Source: Octopus vulgaris | Lineage: Eukaryota | Direction of reading: 5' to 3' | NCBI GenBank assembly: GCA_951406725.2 | Contig: OX597814.1 | Span: 37,262,001 to 37,326,000 of the forward strand | DNA length: 64,000 nt | Part shown: positions 14,880 to 27,899 of the stretch, one piece after another | Position numbering within the stretch: the first letter of the stretch is position 1 | Layout of the letters: each line of letters opens with the position of its first letter | Notes under the pieces: model-generated | Told to the model about the DNA's origin: nothing | Database searches by the model: none | The model's input: the letters and a program-made list of their open reading frames with translations, nothing else | Translations under genes and position numbers: made by a program

Positions 14880-15035
14880 TGTTTCTTTCCTTGATTCTTT
14901 CTGTGTTCCTTTCTGTGGAAGAACGTAGGCTCGAAACGCAAAATAATTTTTCAATTCTTGAGCGTTATACTAATACATCTGTTTGTTTTCTACACCATCT
15001 GTCTTCGTCTTTTGTTTTATTCGTGAATTCTCCCT
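14880..15035 (+). mobile_element. Short interspersed repeat with HHR-like motif (probable Penelope-like terminus), copy 1 of 3
   Basis: Aligns with 34838-35022 (+) and 37581-37716 (-); all three abut microsatellites. Confidence 0.6.
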
Positions 15036-15057
15036 CTCTCTCTCCTCTCTCACTCAC

Positions 15058-15118
<61 letters not shown>

Positions 15119-15223
15119 AAAAAGGAGATGTGGAACACGAGTTGTGATATATAAAAAAAGGAAATGAAGAAATGCTGACAAAATAATTTAAGTAAGGGAG
15201 AGTATATTTAATTAGGTGAGAGT

Positions 15224-15263
15224 TCTTTTTACCGGTTGCGCATTTGTTATGCTTATCAAAAGA
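15224..15263 (-). ncRNA. Decayed type I hammerhead ribozyme
   Basis: Minus strand: TCTT TTGATAA GCAT-AACAA-ATGC GCAA CCGG TA AAAAGA. Palindromic ACCGGT stem III, GUA triplet, three core substitutions. Confidence 0.5.
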
Positions 15264-15730
15264 TATTTTTTTAAGAGAGATAGAGTTCCTTTCTGATAGA
15301 TTTTTTTCTCTTACATATACATATATTCGTGTTATTTTATTTACTGATTGATTTTTCAAATTGTTAATTTGCAAATATTTTACAAATGTATTTTCATGCA
15401 GAACTACACTTTATGAAAAAATTCCCTCCAAAAATGAATGTTTGTAAAGAATATATCCTAAATATAACACAAAGGGGAGAAGAAAGAAAGGAGGAAAGGT
15501 AGAAAAACGGAAAGAAGAAAATAAGAGGAATAGAATGAAAGCAAAAAGCCTTTCAGTGATGACCAAACCACACCCGTTTTTTTATTTTCTATTCTTATTT
15601 ATATTTATTTTTTGAAGAGGTCACCATCCTTAAACTCATTCGTATACAATAGTAAAAGGAAAAATAAATAAATGAATGATGAATACGAAGGTGGATGCCC
15701 CTTCTTTCTCTCTTACCCTCTACCCATATG

Positions 15731-15932
<202 letters not shown>

Positions 15933-16053
15933 AGCCTAAATACTTACCTATATTTCTATCTATCCATCTCCATTGTCTTGGAACCTCACCGAAAACAAAC
16001 AAAAAAAGTGTCTTCTAAGTCCCCCCCCCCCAAAAAAAAAAAACAACAACATG

Positions 16054-17269
16054 TGGATATTTTCCTTTTGATGGACGGAATTTCTAGTTAACTAAACAAT
16101 TTGAAACTTCGTATACTGGTAGAATGTGTCAAAAGAAAATATTGTAAACAAAATTGTAATTTGTAAGTTTAACGTAGTTTCAGTCTTCGAATTTTAACCA
16201 TTGAAATACCAGCATTTGAGTTTAAATCATTTTCTGCGTCTAAAAACTCAGACAATATCCTGTAAACAGCACACACACACACACATGTTATTCATCCTTC
16301 TCTCTTTTGTCTTCTATCTCGCTCATCGATATTGATAAACAAAGGCGGAAGAAGGAGGCATGTGCTAGAAGTAACAGCTATATCTCTTAAATCGATGAAT
16401 TTCGTCGCCCAATAAAAATATTAACGATATTTTTTGAATATTTTCTTTCTTTTTTTTACCGAAAAGGCTTCTCCCATGGTTTTGAAGGGTCAGAAACAAC
16501 AAAAACAAAACAATAATATGCCGAAATCGGTCTAGAGGGTGCGCGTGGAGTGTGGGTCATATTGTAAAAATTTGCGAAATATTTTTTCATAAAAGGATGC
16601 CCCAGCTTGTCGGAGGTTGTGATATAAATTGGGAAAAAATCCTCGACACCAGTGCGTAATTGGTACTTAATTTATCGACCCCGAAACGATGAAACATTGA
16701 TCCCCCCCATTTCTGGTTTATTTACCTTTTGTGTAAATTTGTTCCGTCAAGGGGCAAAACACAGAGGGGACAAAGCATGAGATACAAAAGTATTAAGTAG
16801 ATTCTATCGACACCAGTGCGAACTCACGAACGTGCATGTATGCTTCTGTGCGTATGTGTGTGTATGTATATCTCCGTTTGTATGTGTGTGTAGGCTTATA
16901 TGTTACTTACTATGTGCTTGTCCAAATGTATATGCATGTGTTTGAGAGAGAGAGAGAGTGACAGAGAGAGTGTGTGTGTGTGTACAAGTGTACGTGTGTA
17001 TGTATCTGAATATATGTGTGTGTGTGTATGCGGCCTGCGTCTGCTATGTTTGTTTATCAATATCGATAACGCAGAAAATGATTTGAGCTCAAATGCTGGC
17101 ATTTCATTGGTGAAAATTCGAAGAAGTAAACTACGTTAAACTTACAAATTACAATTTTGTTTTCAATTTTGTTTACAATAATGTTTTCTTTTGAAACATT
17201 CTACCAGTATACGAAGTTTCAAATTGTTTAGTTAACTAGAAATTCCGTCCATCAAAAGGAAAAGATCCC
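16054..17269. mobile_element. Non-autonomous DNA transposon with ~190-200-bp terminal inverted repeats; nested SINE fragments and microsatellites
   Basis: 16055-16240 is the reverse complement of ~17069-17269; AACATGT(T) lies outside both ends. Confidence 0.75.
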
Positions 17270-17796
17270 AACATGTTTTATATAAATGAACTGCTAAGTA
17301 GCATTGCTGATTTGATTACTTTTTCAAAACTGAAATGGAAGTTAACGGGTTTCATTCCAACCTGTTGGCTTTATTTCTCTGTTGTTTTAAATTTGGTTAT
17401 ACTATTGGATACTTTCTGTGCCTTCTTCTGCTTGAAGATATTTCTAACCTTGTGTTTGCATTAGCGTCTTTGCTTCGTTCGAATCTATATATATTTGGTA
17501 CGACTGTTGTGACTGAATAGGTGACACATTTTTCGGCATCTCGTCGATGGCTATTCTCTGCTTCTTTATCATTCTACGCATGAATTTTTTGTCATGCTTC
17601 CTTTTGCTTCTTATTTTTCGTTTTAAGAAATGTCTGATAGGAAGAAATCAAAGGCATACAATTACTCTGGACATGTACCCTCACATTTCCGTTCGTATAG
17701 ATTCTTTTGTTTTACTTCATTTTGTGCACTGGTATTTTAAGTTGGGAGAATGCTTTTCCTTTATATTTATGTTAAAAGTGATGCTAATTTCTCGGA

Positions 17797-17802
<6 letters not shown>

Positions 17803-17886
<84 letters not shown>
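17803..17886. repeat. (CT)n microsatellite
   Basis: Seen directly. Confidence 0.97.
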
Positions 17887-17893
<7 letters not shown>

Positions 17894-17904
17894 ACTCTTG
17901 TTGC

Positions 17905-18200
17905 ACTTATTTTATCGACCCCGAAATGATAGAAAACAAAGCTGATCGTGTCAGAATATGAATTCAAGAAATTACACTATTTTTTTTTGGTTATCCAGAG
18001 TGCTAACGATTCTACCAACTTGCCGTCTTAATAGTAATCCTTTCTATTATGGGCATAAAGACTACGCTTTCAGGGGAGAAGATTAGTCAACAACACTGAT
18101 CCCAGTGCTCAATAGGCACTCGTATTGTCGACGCTGAAAGTATGAAAATCAAAGTGGACCTCGGCAAGAATTGAAGTCTAGAATTAAATAACCGTAAGAA
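17905..18200 (-). mobile_element. Two adjacent decayed SINE copies (family D)
   Basis: TATCGACCCCGAAA...GCTAACGATTCT.CCA (17910-18030) and CCCAGTGC...GAAAGTATGAAA.TCAAAGTGGACCTCGGC (18100-18180). Confidence 0.7.
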
Positions 18201-19566
18201 TTATCGAACCAAACATACAAAATAGGATACAAATCGCTGTTCATACAAACGTGTCAGAAAACTGATTTGGATATACATAAACACAGATACACATATTCGA
18301 TGTGCGCTCTTCAGAGAAAGTGTTCCTGTTTTCTTTTCCGAAATATTATCACAGCCAACGATGAAATTAACATGAAATAGTAATATTCAAGAAGATGGAA
18401 TTATGGATAAGGATTAGATCTTCCTAATATGATCGTATAATATTTTAGAGAAATGAGAAATGTTTGATATTGTAATTCTACATTGGCGCAACAGAGAATG
18501 AAGGTCATTGTAATGGCTTCGATAGAAGTTCTGTTTCAACGCAATAATATATTTCATTGAGATTAAGTGCGAATATTGTAGCAGGTAGGCTTAGATTTAC
18601 AATAATAAAATATACATAATATGAAATATGAGTGACAGTATTCTACAATTTGTCTCACAATTTCTTGGATTAAAATCTGTCATCCTGCTTCATGCACCAC
18701 TTTAGAAAAGAAGTTAAAGAGACAGTGGTGATTTTGATAAACAATGTTGATTCCCCAGATTACCTACGTAAGACAATCTTGTCATTTACATTGAAATGGA
18801 TCTTTTTCATATATTTTACGTCAAAAATACATCGCTTTGACACATTAAAGAATAAAAACAAAGGATGATAACAGAAATAGTCAAATTAAGAAACTGTAAC
18901 ATACATATTGTATAATGGAATTTCAGTGAAATTCAATACAGGAAAAAACCAAAAAAAAATAACATGTACATATATATATATATATATATATGTACCAGTT
19001 TTATTTCCATTATTACTTTTATCTGCATTTACTTGCTATGTATTTCGTTAGCATGATCAATTGCTTTACATTGGTTTTGTTGTTTCCAATAGTTTATTCG
19101 ATATTGTAAAAATATTCGCCTCAAATACGCAGCATATGTTTGTTTCTTGATGTATGTAAACATACACAAACACACACACACACACACACACATTCTCTCT
19201 CGCTCTCTCTCACGCACATATAGACATACACACATTCACATATATACACACACGATGGATAACTGGTTAAAGTGCCGGGAATATTAATACATTAAATGCT
19301 ATAAAATATGAAGCACAGTGATAATTCGTATAATGCTTAGAAATGCACGATTTTCACACGTACTACCTTGTTAAAGTTCATTACGTGACGATGTTTCTAT
19401 ATAACGGTACAATATTTAAGATTTAGTTATGCATAATTGGAACTCTTCCTTGTCAGTTAAAGACATTTCTTTGGTTAACATTTTGATGAAGAAGTACTTT
19501 ATGATAATGGCCGAGCTTTTATTTATTTGGTTTTAATACTGGACTATCAGGTTTCAATCAGAAGTC

Positions 19567-19795
19567 GCTCAGTGGTCAATCTCCCTACCCTTGTGATGAG
19601 GTACACCGTCTGATGGAAATTCTGGAGGCGATATCTGAATAGTGCTCCGTTTGTTAGATAGTTCTTTTAATAATACAAATGGCTCAGTGGTCAATCTCCC
19701 TAACCTTGTGATGAGGTACACTATCTGATGGAAATTTTGGAGGCAACATTAAAATAGTGCTCCGTTTGTTGGATAGTTCTTCTAATAATAGAAAT
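19567..19795. repeat. Tandem duplication, two ~115-bp units
   Basis: GCTCAGTGGTCAATCTCCCTA.CCTTGTGATGAGGTACAC...AATAATA.AAAT occurs at 19567 and 19682. Confidence 0.9.
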
Positions 19796-20345
19796 ACCCT
19801 TATTTGAATTTGGGTTACTAAGGGAAGACGTGATTGCTCAACCTGCATTTACAATGCTATTTCATGGAGATTGTAATTCATTTGATCAATGGACTCCCGT
19901 TTTCTCGTTGAAAGTGATATCCCATTAGACTGAAAAGCTATATCATTTAATTGGTTAGACCTGAGATATTTCGTTAACATTTTAAATGCGCTGATCTTTC
20001 TTTTGCGTAAAATATATATTTCTATTAAAGACAAATTTTAAATTTAAATTTGACTCTATGTAACACTTTAAGTCATTATTAATAACGGCATTACAATTAC
20101 ACATCACTTGGTATATAGACAATTCTCATTACGGAGCCTTTGAGCTGCTTATCTACAGTGGCATTTGGGTGGATCCTTTATTTGCAGCGAATGAGTAATT
20201 TTCGGATTTTAGCTTCTGGGCTATTGATTGAAATTTCGACAACTGAACACTGCAAGGGATTAATAATGGCACTCATGTTATCAGTTATATAATGCGTGAT
20301 CGTCTCATATACGAGCTTTTTTTCATCGATATTAGAGCTATTAAT

Positions 20346-21165
20346 TAAGGTGATGAGCTGATAGAAATGTTAACATGCTGAACAAAATGCCTAGCGCCGC
20401 TAGGGTAGATTTTACATTTCATCCTTTCGGCGTCGACGAAATCGTTACCAGTGACCACTAGGGTCAATCTAATCAACTTAGCCAGTTCCCACGAAAATAC
20501 TGACCCTGTATCAAAATTTAAAATAAATATTAGAGCTATTATACACCAGAGTCGGTTTTCTTTCATTTACTAATAGTTTCAAATCTTGACACAAGACCAG
20601 AAATATCAGGGAATGGGGTAAGCTGATTACGTCAAGCATAGAGTTGAACTAATAATTATTTCATTCACTCCGATAGGACGAAAGGCAAAGTTGGTATCGG
20701 CGGAAATTGAATTCAGAAGGTAAAGTCGGAGGAAATACCGCAAGGCATTTTGTTTGGTGTGCTAACAATTCTGCCGACTCGCTGCCTTATTTTTTAAATT
20801 TCATATTTGACGTATTTATGTTGGCGAGCCAGCAGCATCGTTAGCACGCTGGACAAAAAGGTCGACAACATTTCATTCATTTTTGCCCTCTAGTTCAAAT
20901 ATCGACGAGGTCGACTTTGCCATTTATTATTTCGAAGTCGATAAAATATGTACAATTTGAAGGCTAGTAGGGACGACATTATCGACTTACTCACCCCACC
21001 GAAAAGTGCTGGCCTCGTAGTAATATTCAAACCAACTTTGGAGTTATTTAGCATGATTAGTGGCATTTCGGTAATCTTTACGTCCTAAGTTCATATTCCA
21101 CGGAGAGAAATTTTGGCTTTCAACCTTTCGGAGTCGATGATATAAATACAAGTAGAACGCTGAGG
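20346..21165. mobile_element. Cluster of four family-D SINE copies (+,-,+,+)
   Basis: About 20346-20525 (+), 20575-20790 (-), 20822-21035 (+), 21050-21165 (+), by similarity to 62433-62646. Confidence 0.7.
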
Positions 21166-21317
21166 TCCGTTGACCTTGTAGGAGTGGTTTTCTCTATGCA
21201 TAATCCGAATATACAACTGGATATCTAATCGACCATAGGTGATGACCACAGGTTTGTCCAACCCTAAAAGGTGAATGTGCTTTTAAGTACTTGATTTTAT
21301 CACATAATATAAAAAAG

Positions 21318-21641
21318 AGGAGCACTCCGTCGATTACAACGACGAGGGTCCCAGCTGATATGATCAACAGAAAAGCCTGTTCGTGAAATTAACGTGCAAG
21401 TGACTGAGCAATCCACATATATACGTACCCCTAACGTAGTTCTCAGGGAGTTTCAGCATGACACAAAGTGTGACAAAACCGGCCCTTTGAAATACAGGTA
21501 CAACTCATTTTTGCCAGCTGAGTGGACTGGAGCAACGTGAAATGAAGTGTCTTGCTAAAGAACACAAGGGGTCGCCGAGAATCGAACTCAATACCTTGGA
21601 ATCATGAGCCGAATGCCCCAACAACTAAGCCACGCGCCTTC
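21318..21641 (-). mobile_element. Full-length tRNA-derived SINE (family C)
   Basis: Minus-strand head GGCGCGTGGCTTAGTTGTTGG (A box) and GAGTTCGATTCTC (B box); 3' part shared with 37311-37522 and 52889-53065. Confidence 0.85.
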
Positions 21642-21683
21642 ACATCATATAATATAATATTATTAATTATATATATATATATG

Positions 21684-21793
21684 AATAAGAAAAAAGCAAC
21701 AAGAATATATCAATATATCGGTACAATTGTTTCGTACGAGGACGAAACAATTGTACCGACATATTGATCCATTCTTGTTGCTTTTTTCCTATT
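21684..21793. repeat. 52-bp-arm hairpin containing the 3' half of an HHR in both orientations
   Basis: 21684-21735 is the reverse complement of 21742-21793; the arms read GAAA CAATTG TA CCG outward from the axis. Confidence 0.8.
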
Positions 21794-23124
21794 TGTAATC
21801 ACCCCACTTTGTCGTATGGTTAACACCATATAGATTTCCGGTGCATCCAAGTTAAGTACCATATCCATGTGAATTCATTAGAACTCACTTGAATCTCAAT
21901 TGCTTAAACCGAATATATATATATATATACACAATTAAAAACTAGGACTAAGTTATGTAGACAAGCACGACTCAGTAAACAGTGTGATGCATAGTTCAAG
22001 AATGAGGGCTCCTTCATCAGCACCACATTTAAACCAACATCTGCACTACTTAAATACTCACCAAGTTTGCCGGGGTAACCCTACTGGATATATATTATAT
22101 GTATGAAATCGATTCCAACAGAAGCAATATTTTCAATATAAATGCCTAAATCGCCATTGCAAGAACTCCAATTTCAATCGTTTCGATCTTATGTTAATTT
22201 CTAAACACTAGATTACGATGCATTATGCCATTTTTCAAGTCAAATCCTATGCAGGTTATATATTTAAATTTTCAGGAAAAAAGGATTTCCACGAAAATTG
22301 AACACAAACACCCGGAAAACCAGTTGCCATTTAACACGATCCAAATATGAGGTTTAAATTAAACCAAAATGGATAGGAATTAAGTTTATTGATTTAAAAT
22401 CAGGAATTTCAGAAGGTGCTGCAGTTGCCGAAGACGAATATCATTTAGTTACAGTTGTTATAGTTTTCACCTCTTGATTATTATTGTGGCATACATGCAA
22501 ACCAAGGCATTGATATTTATCAACATTCCAAGTGAGGTTACTTTCTGTTTAATTCATTAATCATATATCTGAAAAGAAGTTCATTTATTTATAGGAACAA
22601 AATTTAGCAGTCATTACTAACAATTTCCTGGCAATGTCAGCTTTCATACATTGCATTATAGAAATGGCATTTGAAAGCATTGCGTGTTTTCGCGTTCGGG
22701 TGTGAATACATGTCTGTAAATCAATCTTCGATTTCTAATAGAACGGAAGAATGTGTTTTGCAGTTTGTAAGCATTTTGGCAACAATAATATCTTTATGTA
22801 CTCAAGATTATTCATTTTTTGATGTTTGCAAATATGATTTTCTGTGCATATTGTGCTGCAGATTGCTTTCTGCATTTGTTTCAATAACTGATAACGCAGC
22901 ACTTAGTTTTGCGATGCACGAAGCTGCAGAATCGAACGCAGTATGAATAACATGAAGATTAATAACATTACGTACATATTATCCTGTTTGTCACTTAACG
23001 GAAGTCTGGTAATTTATGTAACCCAGATATATTTTAGAACGTTCTGCTCATCATACGTTTAACCTTCTACTTTTCTAGAACGTAAATTTAGAGTTGAGGG
23101 GAAAAGGGTAGTGCATATGTTCTT

Positions 23125-23330
23125 TCTTATTTCGACACAAGGCCTGCAATTTAAGGATAAGGGTAAGTCAATTACATCTTCCCAGTTCTCAACTGATACT
23201 CATTTCGTCGACCTCGAAAGTATGAAAGCGATATCGACCGTGGTGGAATTTGAACTCAAAACCTAATGTCAGAAGAAATACCATTCAGTATTTCACCTAG
23301 TGCGGCAACCAGTTTTTCAGGTCACTACCT
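23125..23330 (-). mobile_element. Decayed SINE (family D)
   Basis: TCGACCTCGAAAGTATGAAAG...GGAATTTGAACTCA...GAAATACC. Confidence 0.7.
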
Positions 23331-25520
23331 TTGAAATATAACGAATATACAACAGGTTATCAAATTCAATAACCCAGGCAGTTTTACATTCCCAGTAATA
23401 ATTTTCGGAATATTTTCAAATGAAAGAAATAGGAATTCACATGATATAAGGGCATTAAATATTTACAAAATTTCAATAACAAAATATATGAGTAAAAATT
23501 CAATATAGTATATTGAATATCAACATTGAAATCCCTCATAATACAACTTCCTTTACACCGCAATAATCAAAATGAAATTTAAACTACTTATGTATACTGG
23601 ATGGAAAATTATTAGGTAAATTGTCTAGTAAGTTGGATTCGATATAAAGAAAGTTTGGTAAAAGAAATGTTTTCCAGATTATAAAACTTCAGCTGCTTTC
23701 AAAATCAACCTACATAATTAAATGGTGAAGAGAGTCATTGCAATATTTAAAAACATACGATATTCTAAATTTCACTTCAACGTCAAATGTATCACCCATC
23801 ACCTCCTAGTCAATAAAGAAAAATATCTATCTTGAGTGGCGGACTAAAAACTTGTTTAAAAGAAAGAAAAAAACAGACATAAAGCTTTGCAGTTATATTT
23901 CCAAGATTTTTGTGTTCTGAAATCAAAATTCTCTCATAGCTGTTTTACTTAGGATACAATCCCTCGTCTGGCAAAATATGACCTCCTTTCACTTTATGTG
24001 ATTGGGTAGAAGTAAATGAATTGAAAACATCTGAGTTATATTCATTGATCTAAAGATAAAATTCTTCCTTTTTCTCACCAATCTCGGAGTCCCAGTATAT
24101 CTGATAAGCATTGAAATTCCTTCTTACCAAGAAGATAAAATAAATTCCACTAACATATTTCAAGAATGAAGGGACACAACCAAATTTGATATAACCCTAC
24201 GGCTATATATCCGTTTTCACATAAAATATATTCAATATATGTGTTGCTTGCTTATAAATTCTAGTCAGTTCTTTATGCTCTTGTCTAAATCAAAGATTAT
24301 GAGAGAATACTGTTGTATTGGACAAAATATAATAAAAACGGTCAATAAATCACTATTTTCTTAATATATATTGTTGAGGCACCCATAATATATATTACAA
24401 ATCGATAAACAATCCAAGTCTTTTCCACCTGCATGACTTCCCATATATATCCTGCATATATGGTAGATATATTTCATTAATATATGAGTTCATGTTTTGA
24501 TTCGATTTCGTTATATATTTTCCCATTGTCTCTGTTGATGACTTCCATCAATTGTATGGATTACGATAGAACTTTTGTTTGTTGATGGATAATCAAATAT
24601 TTCGAATGGGAATATTGATCAGCCTCACTCTATATAGCTTAACGCTACATATTTGGCGATCTATCGTTTAAATGTGCCGTGCATTTCAAATCATCCCACG
24701 TTTAATTATATATTTTTTTCTAAATCATCGGATATAATATTTATGTTATACCTGTCAGGTACTTTAAAGATGTGGATTAATTGTAGTCAATCAATGAGAA
24801 AATTATCATATACACTCGCCATGAATATCGTATCTACACACTGCAGCGTTGACCCAAACATTAATTAAACCTATAAATCCCTCATGCTGTAAGATAGTAA
24901 TGTTGGTAATATCGATTCACGAGATGGTACTGCATTCATTAAGATAAATCAAGATTTATTTGCTGTACACAAGCTGCAACGCTGGATCATAGAATAGATT
25001 TTTTCTTTACTAATTATAAACAACCTTAGTCAAAGCTGTGTGATAGCTGACATAAGGTAATAAATACTATATTTCTTTCGGGAAATCACGGTTTCAACTG
25101 AGCAAACAGTCCTCGTATTAAAGGCATTTAAAGCCATAACCACTCTGTCAATTTGTATACTTCACGTCACTTTTTGTAAGACGTTAACGTGATAGTTCAC
25201 TACTGTTTCTTACCAACTGAACGAATGTAATAATAATTTTGTTTCTATAATTAGTGTTAATTTTATGATTGCATTTAATTATTATAATCTGAAATTCCAA
25301 TGTATATCTAAAATTTATTAATTATATTCTAAATATTATTTGCCATTATGCAAATATAAAGAATAATGAACATGATTAGATGCAACCTCAAAATTTCTTT
25401 TCGTTTATGCACGTAAAAGTCAGCGCGGGAAATGTAAGAACCGAATTGACGTGTCAAATATTACAAAACTATTTTAACCCTATTTTAATCATTTTTTGTC
25501 ATTAAGGCGTTGAAAAAACA

Positions 25521-27272
25521 TCATGCAAACATGTCTTTAACTTGGATTGACTTAAAAGAAAATATATGATACGATGCCTCATTCTTGTCTGGTGTTGCTG
25601 ACAATATCACAAATCTTTTGATGCATGGCATGAATGAGTGTAACACTAAATTGTAGTCCAGTAATGTATTTCTTGGAGAAGTTAATATTAAAAGGAACAT
25701 CTTCCAGGATGACTTCTTTCCTCCGTTACTATTTGTAATTGCACTAATACTCATAATAACGACACTAAGGTGGTTACAATGGGTTACCGATGTGGGAAGA
25801 AAGGTCCATAATTGAATCATCTTTTGTTTATTGATGACATGAAATTGTTTGAGAAATCTGAAAAACAGATACATTCCTCAACCAAAACAATCCAGAATTG
25901 TGGTAGGGACATTGGTATGGAATTTGGGATTACCAGATGTTAAGAACGTAATATGAAAAGAGGAAAGACAACAATCTGAATGGGATTGCGGTTCACATCA
26001 GGGGAGACCATGGTTGAATCTGACCATAGTCAGTATAAATACTTAGGGATTTTGGAGCTGGATGACATTTTACACAGAAAAATGACATTCAAGTTTAGCG
26101 AAGCGTATCAAAAAAGTGTGAAGATGGTGCTGAAATCCAACCCGAATGCCAAAAATTCGATTACCCCAATTAATATCTAGGCAGTTCTGGCGATTAGATA
26201 TAGTGCGTCCATCCTCAAATGGACTAAGAAGGAAATATCAACACTGGCTAGAAGGACGAGAAAGTTCATGAGGCTGCATGGGACGCTATATCCTAAAGCT
26301 AACTTAGACAGACTGTATATGAAAAGAAAGAATGGTGACACAGGACTAATTATCAGTGACCATTGTATAAGGAGTGAGAGTAGAACGCTTGACGAGTATT
26401 TGAAAAATAGTAATGAGGACCTGCTAACCAAAGAGCTAAGGAGAAGAGAAAAGAAGATCTTGAAATGAGAATGCATGGACAGTTTGAAAGGAATACATAG
26501 GACGTTAAGGATAATACAGCATCGTGGTCATGGTTTGAGCGAGGTTATTTGAAATGTATCACCGAAAGTCTGGTCATTGCGGCACAAGAACAGCCTCCTG
26601 TCACCAAGTCAGTGAAATATAACATCTATAAATCTTCTGACACCCAGAAATAGAGGACTCTGTGGAAAGGGTGTGGAATATGTGACCCACTTGGAATGTG
26701 GATGTGAGAGCCTTGCACAAAAAGAATACAAGAGGCGCCACGATAAAATGTGTGTGTGTCTTCATTGGCTCTTATGCCGTAAATACCAGTAAGAAGTAAG
26801 AGAGAACTGGTATGAGCTTGCACCAAGTAAAGTTATGCAGGAGGACGGGAAAGTAACGATACTCTGGGACTATGATCTTCAGACGGATCGTGTAATCGAA
26901 CACCGTAGGCTGGATATTCTCATATTGAATAAGATAGAAAAATAATGTCAGCTCATTGATGTAGCCATACCAAATGACATGAATGTTGTGATTAAAGAAG
27001 TTGAAAATATCACCAAGTACACCGAACTGCAAGGATAATGTAAAAGTGATACCAGCGGTAATCGGAGCGTTGGGCTCAATCCCATTGAAACTTCAAGCCT
27101 TCGTAAGGCAACTGGAAATTCCATGCACGATTGATGTCTTGCAAAAAGCAGCCTTATTGGGCAAAACGCACATCTTAAAGAAAGTATTATCTGGCTGAAG
27201 TCCTTGTTGGGACTTGACAGATGAGTGAAGTATCCGGTGCATTTTTACCTACACTGTGTTTCGAAGGAATAG
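25521..27272 (+). mobile_element. 5'-truncated, decayed R4/Dong-like non-LTR retrotransposon (RT plus restriction-like endonuclease)
   Basis: FQDDFFPPLLFVIAL (25702; QGDSLSPLLF-like), HLLFIDDMKLF, YKYLGILE, DRLYMKRKNGDTGL, LAQKEYKRRHD, ILWD..QTD.VIEHRR.DI, LIDVAIP.D, VIPAVIGALG...LQKAALLG..HILKKVL* (27198), then an (AAT)n tail. Confidence 0.9.
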
Positions 27273-27273
27273 C

Positions 27274-27338
<65 letters not shown>

Positions 27339-27382
27339 TAATAATAATAATAACAACAACAACAACAACAACAACAACAATA

Positions 27383-27422
<40 letters not shown>

Positions 27423-27880
27423 CAATAATAATAATAATAAGAAGAAGAAGAAGAAGAAAAAAAGAAGACGAAGAAGAAGAAGAGGAAAAAGATGACGAGG
27501 AAAGAGAAGACGAAGAAAAGGAAGAAGAAGAAGAAGAAGAAGAAGAAGAAGAAGAAGAAGAAAATGAGAAAGGAGAAGAATATGAAAATGAAGATGAAGA
27601 AGAAAAGAAGAAAGGGAAGAAAAAAGATGAAAAAAAGAAAATGAAGGAGAAGAGGAAAGGAAGGCGATGAAATAGAAGATGAAGAAAAGAAAGAGAGCAC
27701 GAAAAAGAAAAAGAAGAAAAGTAGAAGAAAATTGGAAAAAGAAGGAAAGAAACAGAAGATGAAAAAGAAAAGTAAGGGGAAGTAGTAACACAAAAGGAAG
27801 TGGAAGAAGTAAAAGAAGATAAAGAAGAATCAAGAGAAGAGGAAGTAAAAGAAGAGAAAGAGGAAGAAATAAAAGAAGAC
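27273..27880. repeat. (AAT)n/(AAC)n tail grading into a purine-rich (GAA)-like tract
   Basis: Seen directly. Confidence 0.95.
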
Positions 27881-27899
27881 AGTGTAACATTGTTTCCAC

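Noticed and set aside
19593-19640. Box C/D snoRNA-like GTGATGA...CTGA...CTGA
   Set aside because: Too short, no terminal stem, and the last CTGA is lost in the second repeat unit.
21985-22025. Minus-strand CTGATGA AGGAG..TTCTT GAAC TATGCATC
   Set aside because: GAAA is altered and stem I is out of register; too weak to list as an HHR.
23340-24250. Faint resemblance to Maverick/Polinton integrase chromodomain and minor capsid (VYW..Y...VSWI, FPDYKTSAAFKINL)
   Set aside because: Fragments are in different frames, short and AT-biased; needs a translated HMM search to be credible.
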